Shown: positions 50,865 through 64,000 of the stretch, piece after piece
Numbering within the stretch: position 1 is the first letter of the stretch
How the letters are laid out: each line of letters starts with the position of its first letter
Assembly: GCA_040954595.2 (NCBI GenBank)
Contig: CM082587.2
Coordinates: 6,437,705-6,501,704 of the forward strand
Source: Balanoglossus misakiensis
Taxonomy: Eukaryota > Animalia > Hemichordata
Length of the DNA stretch: 64,000 bases
Direction of reading: 5' to 3'
Program-made: the position numbers and the translations under genes
The notes under the pieces: generated by a model
The model's database searches: none
Told to the model about the DNA's origin: nothing
The model's input: the letters and a program-made list of their open reading frames with translations, nothing else

Positions 50865-52313
50865 GTAATTTACGTCATTCAGGTGATTTTCTATGAAGGA
50901 TGTTGTTTGTTGTGGTTTGTGTGACCTTTTATAGTAGTGCATGTACTACTACAGTACCCTGAGTGAGTGGTACCATATTGAACCAATGATTTAAAAACTG
51001 CTATGACTCACTTTGACAGAGCAGCACGATTATTACAGATTAGCCAAAGATTGGCAACTGTCAAAGTTTTAATCTTACTGTAGCTGGAGGTTTTGCCTTG
51101 GTTTACCCAACTTCATTTGTTTGTTTTTTGTTTCTGAAAATTTGAATGCAACAGACCTGAATTCCCCCACATGTCATTATGTTTTTGTGTAAAATTTCAG
51201 ATATAGTTCAAACTGAGTTCATACTGATTAACTTTTGTTTGCAAGACTTGTAAAAGTAAAGAATTGTAGTTAAACATGCACCAGTCCATAAATCTTTTTT
51301 TTTTAATGGAAGGGTGATATAACAAAATCCCAGGCAAAAAAACATACACACACACAGAGGTCTTTGTCTCCAACATTTTATTACATGACAGTACAACTTG
51401 TACGTCACATCTGTGCATCCATCAACCAGGTAGTAACACTTTTGAAAGTTTAGATTTGCTGTTCTGTCAGGTTCGAATACACACACTGAAGAAAGTTATT
51501 TCAGACACCCTGACAATGACATTAAGATCAAGTACACAATTGCATAGAACAAAACCAAAAACTACATTCACATGAGAGAAAGGGGCAAAAAATGACAATT
51601 TCAGGAAAGTGTGCGCACAGCAATAAAATCAGAAATGACAAACTGGCCTTGAAACAAGAAAGCAAACCCAGTTAAGTGTTTGAGAAATTTTACTCTGCCA
51701 CTAACTTATTGCCAAAATCTTTTGCCAGCCTTACGTAATTTTTAAAATCAAACTGCCATTGGCACAATTCACATATTTATGGCCAAATTCATAAACAAAT
51801 ACAGAAACTACCTGTAATGAAATTATGCTTTCTTGGATCAATTCACAAGATATACAAATGATCACATAAATATTTGCTGACTCGTTTCTGTCATTCTGAT
51901 GTCGAGCATGGCAAAACAAATAATTCTAACATCTGTATTTATAGGTATATTTACCGACTACTATTGTTTCTACAGAAACAGGCTACACAGAGAGAATTAA
52001 CCAACATAACAAGAAGCTCACAGTATGCAAGTCATTGGCATACATACCATAGGTTTTTTTCAGAAATCTACACAAACACAGTCAGACATACAAATTCTCG
52101 ATAATTTACATATATTCCCTATTATACTTTACATCGTCTATGGCCACTGATTCTAGCTTCCCTTCAAATCTGAATTTCAATGCATTTTGGCACCGTGAGA
52201 CAAAACACAATGAAACCAGGCGCGTAATATTGCCAAACTAGTCTCAGTACATATCTTTGTATATACTGTACAGGTACTATTGAAATGTTCTCCAACTGGA
52301 CAGGGCTTGTCGT

Positions 52314-53742
52314 CTACACTCGCAGGTTCTGATGGATTTCTGGCTTAATATCGTAGATCAAGTCTAGCAATTTACACATGACCTCCTCCTTGTGATGTTG
52401 CACAGAGGCGTTCAGGTCCTTTATTTTGTGATTTGTCTGGATTTCCACCTCTCTGGCCTGGTCATCCTTTGATCCCAAATGCTGTAAAGGAACACAAACA
52501 AAATCGGATTTAGTTAGGAGTCAACTAGACAGTCAATCTTAAACAACTTGCTGTTTTACGGTGATCAGAATAAACATACACATAACAATACATTATGACT
52601 ATGGTTGCTACAAGGGTAGGAATAAATATTACTATTTTAGCTGTGTTAGTTGGAGGATTTGTAGATTTACATGATCAGAGCAACTATCTCTTATTTTTCT
52701 AAACCTTACGACAGTTGACTAGAGTTAAAATGAGTAAGACAAAGATATATTTGTTTGGTCTTGGAATCATTTTCACTGTATAGACAGGCACAGCTTCACT
52801 AATAACCTGTTATTACTCAATCACCGATCACATGATGCTGATCATGTGTTTTTGACAAATCAAATAAACCCCTTACCTTCTGTTGATGACTGACAAATTG
52901 TCTTTCTCTTTCTCTTCTGTATGCTTCTATTTCAGACTGTGCTTCTTCTTTTGCCTGCTTTAGTCTCTTGTTCTTTCCTAAAAAAATTAAAAAAAAAGAC
53001 AAGAAAGTCGATATCATTCAACATTGCATGCAATTACCAATTTAGAAATCCATGAAAATCACATGGTACCATCAGTTTTCATAAATTATCAATTCAAAAC
53101 GACCGTCAATACGGGTTTGAAGCACTGAAGGTTGCTGATGCAGGTCCAAAGATCTCTAATGTTTTTTTCAGGAAAATGCACCTAGATTATACACATTGGC
53201 AATCGCATTTGATTTGAGAAGTTAAAATAAAACGGCTTTACAGCAACACGAAGTTTCATTGAATATCTACTTTGCAAAATTGATAGTCACGATTATTTCT
53301 GCTTATGGTTCAGTTCAGTCGACATTGCCGATCCAACCGGGTATCGTATCAACAGTCACGCCTTATCGTTTGTAAGATCAACACTCGCAGCAGTAAAAGA
53401 TCCCCAAAATGTACAAAGGGCAAGACAGTCCCTATCACCCCCGTCTCATTGGCCTATACCCTACACTAAATCGCCGCAACGGAGGTATTCCGTCTAGTAC
53501 AGTTTACCCAGACGCTCGAAGATGAGCCCACTGGATTGCACTGCCCACTACGTGATTTCAACCGCATTTCTATATTCTAGTCTGGCGGACGATTTTCTCG
53601 GCCAGTAGTTTCAAATCTCGCCACACGGTTGCTTGACCATGATATACCGTTTCTACTTACTTTTCCTTGCCTCCGCAACCTTCTCGGCAGCTCTTTTCTC
53701 GGCGTGAAGCAGTTGTTGGATTCCCGTAGTCTGAGCAGCCAT
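52314..53742 (-). CDS. ATP6V1G1: V-type proton ATPase subunit G (116 aa)
   Basis: Exons 53742-53661 MAAQTTGIQQLLHAEKRAAEKVAEARK; 52977-52877 KNKRLKQAKEEAQSEIEAYRRERERQF...; 52481-52314 HLGSKDD...LLDLIYDIKPEIHQNLRV*. Co-orthologue of vertebrate G1/G2/G3. Confidence 0.96.
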
Positions 53743-53755
53743 TTTGAGATGAATC

Positions 53756-53765
53756 GTCACGTGAT
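53756..53765. promoter_or_regulatory. CLEAR/M-box element (TFEB/MITF site)
   Basis: GTCACGTGAT, 13 bp upstream of the V-ATPase G start codon; CLEAR consensus is GTCACGTGAC. Confidence 0.6.
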
Positions 53766-54384
53766 TCTGACGAACGATGACCTCAAATAGCGCCACCAAC
53801 GCTAATTAAATTATGATACATTTGTTTCTGGGTACCGAGGTTTGTTTCACCGTCACCTTTGGTAGTGGAAAACATCGAGAAAAATGCACACATACACAGT
53901 ACTCAATTTCTTTCAGGCACTTTACATGCAATGTATTGTTATAGTATATTTCTTTATTTCCTCTTTTAACAATCGGAAGACATTGGTCAAGTTCATTTTA
54001 TCTCACTTTCAAATTTACAATTTGTAGAGCCTCAAACTACAACAAAATCCTTGATTTTTCTTCTTTTCATCAGTCTGTCATGTTTTTTGTCCTCTTCAAT
54101 GATTTTTCAATGACAGGAAATGATATAGATACTACCACAGTACTGAGACATACGTAATAAAAATCCTATCATAATAGGATTCCCAGAATTCAATGGAATT
54201 TCTCGGATTTAACACTGATTTAAAGGAATCAATGATGGAGATTCCTGGATTCAGTCTAGTCATAATTTTGGTCACAGTCTGGCACACATGCCTGGATGAT
54301 TATATTCAAATCATGAAATGATCTGGTCACTGTCCTTAATGTTTCCAGAACTCATGTCTTTGTTGTGGCCTGTCGCACTTTTGA

Positions 54385-57443
<3,059 letters not shown>

Positions 57444-58060
57444 CTTGAATATGATCCACGGGGCAAAGGTCAAATGTCCGCAACCTCGGAACCATGGAAA
57501 CGCGGAAACCAGTTTTATGGGCGACAAGAAAATCTTCCTATATTTTCCGTCTCGTTTACCAAACGGCCACCTTATTAAAGCATCGCCCCTTTTCATACCA
57601 CTTTCCTAAAGTGTAATGTTATGATATTAATAAAAGTTGTATATTTTTAGTATGTTCAATGATGACAGTGTTGCCTTCTGTTACCACTGGGTATGCAGCA
57701 CCACTCTATCACTTTCAAAGCTGTTTTGTCATGAACAATAAAAGTTATTAATATTTTCAATCATTTTAATGTTTGTGTTCTTTGAATTTTAGTGCTGTTT
57801 TACCACATGCCTCACTACATGTAGAACATGTAGTTTGTGCAAAATGAATAACTGCATTTGTCAGCTCATCAATTGCAGTTATGAAATAAATTAACGGACG
57901 AAATCACAAATTCAGGAAAGAATTTAATGATAAAAGAAACTGAAATAATATTGCAGTCATGAAATAACATCTGAGGTTATAAACGTAAGCAATGCAGAAA
58001 TAGTGTGAGAGGGCGGTCGCGCAGGTCAAGTGTCAGAGGTCAAAGTTGACAAACACGAAA
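57444..58060. promoter_or_regulatory. Divergent promoter region between ALAD and SNAPIN
   Basis: Head-to-head ATGs 617 bp apart. AGGTCA half-sites lie near both starts (about 57467; about 58023 and 58037, the latter a DR1-like AGGTCAAAGTTGA). Confidence 0.5.
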
Positions 58061-59374
58061 ATGGCGATGGCGGAAGCAAGTCCTATCGAAAGTCCGAGCT
58101 CAACAAAATCTTTCGACCCTCAAACCAGAGACGCCCTTGCAGATGGGATGTTAGATCTACTCAAACCAGCTGTAGAAGAAGTCGATGAACAAGTTGCACG
58201 GGTCAGGTAGGGTGTGATGTCTTTACATCCTTGAAAAGGAGGCGAATGTTCTGGTCACGTCGAGTGTAATTATTTATGGGAAAGTTGTGTAGAAACTGCA
58301 GTGGTTGTACAGAATACAACATCTGTGATGAAAAGTATTATCAACAGTTAACATTGTCTTCTGAGTACCTGAGGATGAACATTCTGTTTTATGACTTTTA
58401 TCTAGGGAGAGCCAGGTTGAACTCAGACAGCAAATAGATGGTCTAGCTGAAGGTATGTTTTTACTATGATATCATGATCATTGTATGATCATCACTTGCT
58501 GCGGATCCAGGGCCCTGGCCCACCACCCCTTGTTTGTTTTTGTTAGGGAGCGATGGGAGGGTTGATGATTCAAGCAAGTGATGGTTTTGTTGTTAGATAT
58601 TCCATATTGTTGTTGTTTTGCGAATATTTAAATTTGATTACTGTCCCCCACAAATTTCATGCGTTCACTTCCAGTTTTATGGAATTAATTATTTTTAATG
58701 AAAGGATGATGCTGTGGTTATCAATTATAGTACATGTACATGTACATTTAAATGCATATTTAAATTTCAGAGTTAAAAAAACTGTCGGACGAACAGCCAC
58801 TGCCAGTTGAGTTAGATTTATATGTGAAAAAGCTGATGAATTCAAGGAGAAGAATTATGGTTGTCAATAATATTCTACAAAACGCACAAGTAAGAACACT
58901 CTCATAAATTACATGTAGCTGTTCGTTGGGGGGGGGGGGGGTCTAGCTCTCCTTTGATCACTGTACACTGAATTTCAACACTTGATAATCTTTGAAAATT
59001 CCCTCAGTACATTGAGTATCAACATATGACATCAACATATGAAACAGAACTTTCTTTTTCCACAAATGAATGTGTTTTATTTTCCTTCTTTACTCTTAAA
59101 ATGTTGAATGCACAACCAATAAGATCCTCTGAATTTCATTCAGTGTCTCTTTTTCCATGTGTAACACCATCTGGGCTGAGGACATTACTGATGTGTAAAT
59201 ATATCATCTTTGCAAATTTTCCATCTTCACTTGTGACCATCTCCAATGCACTCTGCTGTCATCACTCTGTTTTGTTTCCAGGAACGTCTCGGTAAACTCC
59301 ATTATAATGTATCTAGGGAGACGGCTCGCAGGAAAGCTCTGCTAGAACCTCCCACTGCTGGACCCATCCAGTGA
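58061..59374 (+). CDS. SNAPIN: SNARE-associated protein Snapin (BLOC-1/BORC subunit)
   Basis: Exons 58061-58206 (...DALADGMLDLLKPAVEEVDEQVARV), 58406-58452 (RESQVELRQQIDGLAE), 58771-58889 (...LDLYVKKLMNSRRRIMVVNNILQNAQ), 59282-59374 (ERLGKLHYNVSRETARRKALLEPPTAGPIQ*). AATAAA overlaps the stop codon. Confidence 0.95.
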
Positions 59375-60684
59375 ATAAAACTAGGTCAGCATTTGCATAG
59401 AAAAGAAATCATGTAAAAACCGTCACTGTCCAGTTTTGAGGTCAAAGTTCAATGGTGAAAGGTCGGGTGTTTTTCTATGGAGTAGTATCTTTGTCAGATT
59501 TCACTTGAATGATTTTAGCAAAAGTTTTGTTTATGCCAGTAAAGGAAGTGTTTAGGTTGCCGGTTTGTTTTCTTTTGCATGAATTTAAAGATAATTTGGG
59601 ATGGCGTGGGCATTGCTTTGTGATGCAATGAAATTATGCACATTTTTTTTTTTTTGTTGGACTTCTAAATTGGGTCTCCACAGTTGCTGTAGAAAATAGG
59701 TAGTGTGGATTTTGGGTGTGTTTTCTCGCACAAACCATAAGCTATGACCACAAACCTGGACAGTGAGTGACTTCCCACCTGTCTTGCCAGTTTCAACTGA
59801 GCATCCGTTGCTGTATGTGTCAATTATGCCACAGTGATCATCGTTATGTTGCCATAGAAACTGACCATTCATATTCGTATCATCTCAGTGTAAACTTTCA
59901 CAGGACATTGTTTATCCACTATCTTACATGCATGTTAGTAATTCTGTATACAATGTATCATGTCTTGTCTCCTTAATTAACCTGTCAGATTTCTTCAATT
60001 TCTCTGTATTTGTACATACTGCTCAACAGACACACACAAACACAGATTTTTACATGCTGCCGTAGTTTGTTACAGTACACAATGTTAGTGACTGACTCAG
60101 GAATCAGGGAGTAGGTGTAATACTCTTTGTGATTACATCGGCGTGATGGTTCCTAAAATTAATATTCATGCCACGTCGTTTCTTTGGATTCCTGCTGTAT
60201 TTTGTAGAAGGAATCATTGATGACAAGGCATTACAAAAGAAACACTTCTTAGTATGCGTACTCTGAACAGAAGTTGACTGGCCAAGAGGTTTTAGTTTCA
60301 CTAGCCAATCAACAGTAGTCTGTCATGTTGCTCTCAATAGCCAATCAGCAATTGGTTTCCATATGTTCATCAGTAACCAATCAGCGTGGATATCTGAAAT
60401 TCAAGATTCTGGTCAATTAAAGCATGGCAGAGTGTGTTGAAAACTGTAAAACCATTGATTTTATTTAAACAGTTTACTGTGATGATGCCCGTAATGTGTC
60501 ACTGTGATGGACTGGTGCCCAACATCTGTTTGTAACATTTGGTTTTATAGTGTGCATGTATTGAATAGGCAGGGCAAAAACACAGTTAATATACCAGGTT
60601 TGTTAGGCTTATACTGTCTTGTCAAATGGTTGCTGTCTCATTGTTTACATCACATTTCTTCTACTCTCTCTTTCTCTCTTTCAG

Positions 60685-60819
60685 ACAAGACTGGACAAAC
60701 TGAACAGCAAGTTAAACACACAAGTAGCCAAACGCAAGTCTCTGGTAGCATTTCTGAAAGGGGAAACCACCCCGTACAGTCCAAACCCTGTGCATACCTA
60801 CATGTCAGGGATGCACTAA
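60685..60819 (+). CDS. Putative alternative (duplicated) last exon of SNAPIN
   Basis: Long pyrimidine tract plus TTTCAG acceptor; phase-0 frame TRLDKLNSKLNTQVAKRKSLVAFLKGETTPYSPNPVHTYMSGMH*, which aligns with the canonical last exon. AATAAA at about 61301 and 61379. Confidence 0.75.
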   Translation, partial: TRLDKLNSKLNTQVAKRKSLVAFLKGETTPYSPNPVHTYMSGMH

Positions 60820-61898
60820 GCTGCAACATGCCCGCTTGCGTAATGGAACATTCCACATTACCAGCATTTACCACGTTGTAGGACTTTTTTTCATTCTGTG
60901 GATAGAAGCGGGGGAAGGTCAGGGGCAGGGGGGGGGGGGGGGTGGGTTGCAAATAGCCATAGCACAGAAAGGGTTGTTGTCTCCTGATTGGTACACTGCC
61001 TACCATCAGGTAGCGTCTTACCACAAATTAAATTGGTTTCAGACAAGCAGGGCTGTGTGTGCCCTCAACAGAACAGATAGGCAAATCTTATTTTCTGTGT
61101 ATCACTTTAACCCCCTGAGAATGTCAGTTTACTTTTAGAAGTCACCGAAATGTATAGATTTCCAATGATTTGCAATCAAGAAAATATTTGTATTTAGTGA
61201 TTTAGTGAGGCTAATGCAATCACTCTAATATTTATGATGTTTGTCAAGTTCATCATGATGTATACATGTATATTGTGTAGTTGAATCAAGTGGACATAGA
61301 AATAAAGTAAAGAAATGTTACACTCAAAGATTTGTCCAGATGTTGTTGGGTTTTTTTTTCATTTTTATTGATAGCTACAATAAATTGCTGAGAATCTATA
61401 GCAACCATTCAGAAAGCTGCACATCTCTTGATCCAGTTTATAAGGCACAGAAAAAAAATGTTTGCATCATATCTTTTACTCACAATACCCCGAAGACCTT
61501 TTTTGAATTCCCTTGGTTTGCTTCACATATACAGCCAGTTTAATGATCGTCATGATCATCATCAGAACAGATTTACCCAGACATTTTAATGACTATTTTT
61601 CTTTTCTACAACACCCGGTACCCAGAAAAAAATATACTCTCAGAAAACCTCAAGTACCATATGGAACAAGATACCGCTCAGTATTTGTAACATATCAAAT
61701 AGAAATTATTTCAAAATTGTATTAAAATAATACCTGACCTATAAAAGCTATAACCTAAGCTATGGTTGCAAATTAAAAATATTTCCAATCCAAAATTTTG
61801 ACAGGATAGGATTTGATGTTGTGTATTGAGTTGTTAGATTTTGTTGAGTATGTATCTTAGTTAATTTCCCCCTTATATAAAAAAACACTATACAGACA

Positions 61899-62030
61899 TC
61901 TATAAAATTCTATTGAATTTCTATAGAAGTTTATAGAACTTCTATGGACATCTATAGATTTCTTCGTAGTTTTGGACCCCTTTTCTATTGATTTCTATAG
62001 AAGCATCAGAATCTACAGAACTCTATAGAA
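61899..62030. repeat. Cluster of TCTATAGA-type palindromic repeats
   Basis: Repeated TCTATAGAA / TCTATGGA / TCTACAGA units downstream of the uricase stop codon. Confidence 0.6.
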
Positions 62031-62079
62031 CTTTTTATGGAATATCGTCTCTCTCTTCAGTTTGTTTTTGGTTTCATCT

Positions 62080-63435
62080 CTATAGCTTGGCTTTGTTCTT
62101 CCTCTTCATGGCAAGTCTAATGTTTCCTGCGGGCTTTTCAGTTGGCAGCATCACCTGAAAAGAGTTTTAAAAAAAAGAACGTCACACCCAGGGAAGACAA
62201 TCCAATAAACAGTTTGTTCAGGAGGATTGCCAACAGGATGATGGTTGAAAATCTGGTATGGTGAACTCCCGATTTGGGCGGCGCCTTCTACAACAGCGCC
62301 CTCTACAATACAGCACTATTTCATGACAGGAGGGGGGGGGGAGCTAAAATGACATTTCTCAGTGATCAGACAAAACTCACCTCATCTTTGTTTTCCATTC
62401 CCATCTTGGAAAGGTCAATGGTGAAATAATGCGAATTGGGCATGGTCATTTCAATCTCAGATAGCTGCAACAGAAAAAAATTCCGCACACTGATAAAAAT
62501 AACTTGTCCTACACTTCAACCCTTTCTCAAATTTCACCCCCATTCCTCTGTACAGGTCCAATTTTACCATAGAAAACAACGGATTTGGACCAAACCAATG
62601 GATTTGGACCAAATCATTGTGATGAAAGGGTCAAACCAATGCTAACTTCCGATGCCAGAAAATTTACTGAAATTTACAACGTGAAAACCCCCTGATCATG
62701 CAAAGGTCACAAAGCCAAAATGTCAACTCTCAGAGATGAAGAACATGACACATTTGCTCAGCTGTGATTCAGTAACTTATTTATGGGATGTCTGCACCAT
62801 GAATAGCATATCAGAGTAACCACGACGACCCAAAGTGATGATGTCTGAATGAGGTGGCACAAATTACACGTAACCCTCTGTGAGATAAGATATTTCAGAG
62901 TTATGTAGTGTTATCAAACCAAATAGCAACATTCCACAGAATCGTGGCTGGCTTTCCAGAGTGCAATTCTTGTAATTAGTATTTTATGGCAGTTTAATCG
63001 AGACATTTTGGCAACTTTGGCATTTACAACTCACAGAATTTCTACGTGGAACTCAGTTACACTCAAATTCAAGCACAAAAATCATTTTTTTTCAAGACTG
63101 TCTATGAAAAAATAACACTTAACAGATGCTGGGTGCGATGTACCAGACACGTACAATCCAGCAATGTTAGTTATGTCATGAAGGTATGGATCCAGAAATT
63201 TTTTATTGTTTCTTATCATAGCAAACGTAAATGCAAAATAGACATTTTTACCACGTAACATTACACCGGATTTTTTTTTCACATTTATAAAATAAACAAC
63301 GTGGCCCATACCTGTCTCACTTTGGCCATGGCTTTAACTGCAGTCAAGTGCATGGTCATCTGCACCGATGGCGAGTAGACGCCCTTGTCAGGAGGGCCAG
63401 CAAATTCATCCAGGATGGTGTTTTTAACAGCCTCC
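62080..63435 (-). CDS. UOX: Urate oxidase (uricase), last three exons; 5' part presumably beyond the window
   Basis: 63435-63312 (W)EAVKNTILDEFAGPPDKGVYSPSVQMTMH...; 62464-62381 LSEIEMTMPNSHYFTIDLSKMGMENKDE; 62154-62080 VMLPTEKPAGNIRLAMKRKNKAKL*. Uricase motifs YSPSVQ and PNxHY; C-terminal PTS1 signal AKL. Confidence 0.93.
62516..62634. mobile_element. Diverged copy of the 90-bp piggyBac-like MITE with an internal duplication
   Basis: caaCCCTTT...AGGTCCAATTTTACCATAGAAAACAACGGATTTGGACCAAAC (GGATTTGGACCAAA duplicated)...GATGAAAGGGtcaa. Confidence 0.65.
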
Positions 63436-64000
63436 CTGAAAACGACACGAAGGACAATGGTTCCATTTTAAAGCAGGTCACGTATTTCAGAAGATGAGTG
63501 ATTTAAGGTGCACTCAATCTGGCATGGCTAATCTGGGTACACATATTTATGGGTTGTTCCGACACATCTGCATTTGGTAAACACCCATGTGGAATTAATA
63601 AACGCTACCCCTGTCACACCCCAAAAAAGATGGCACACGGCTGTCACCAGAACTGCTGTAGAAGTATTCATCTAGCGCTGTGTTCATACTTTTTATAGTG
63701 CTGTTGTGACTGGGTCGACAATTTCTGACTGTCCCAGCACCGTGCGTGTACAGCTGGCCAACAAAAATAAAGTCTACATTGAGATGCCTGTGGAGCTCCA
63801 CTTGAAAATCTTTTGGATGATAACAGTATATTTTCTTTCCTTCAAAACAAGATGTCCCATAAATGACAAATATATATGAGTAATGACCATGAAGTATTTT
63901 TTTCAAAATCCTAAATAGAGAGACCAGCAATCAGATGAAACAGAAGCAGAGATGGAACTCCGCTGGAACATAATTTACAGCGCACCCCCAGGTCAAAGAT

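Noticed and set aside
63595-63930. 111-aa minus-strand ORF upstream of the uricase exons
   Set aside because: It lacks the expected uricase motifs (TTLPE..DR) and clear splice sites; treated as intronic.

Overview
Gene-dense, AT-rich animal genomic DNA with GT-AG spliceosomal introns. Protein sequences and intron positions suggest an invertebrate deuterostome such as a hemichordate or amphioxus (inference). Nine protein-coding genes were reconstructed by eye, exon by exon: SCAI (-, 3' part outside window), DNLZ (-), COQ4 (+), ZMYND19 (-), a classical dynamin (-), V-ATPase subunit G (-), ALAD (-), SNAPIN (+) and the 3' end of urate oxidase (-). Non-autonomous DNA transposons (Harbinger-like and TTAA-targeting) and simple repeats are also present. 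The most notable signal is an elaborate alternative-splicing architecture in the vesicle-trafficking genes. Dynamin carries two pairs of duplicated, probably mutually exclusive exons (pre-PH linker and GED), candidate RNA pairings around them, an Rbfox-motif cluster and a possible 6-nt microexon. SNAPIN has a duplicated alternative last exon. Most genes have human orthologues in the 9q32-34/MHC-paralogous regions. No prokaryotic-type system, CRISPR array, tRNA or rRNA was found. Coordinates were counted by hand and may be off by a base or two.
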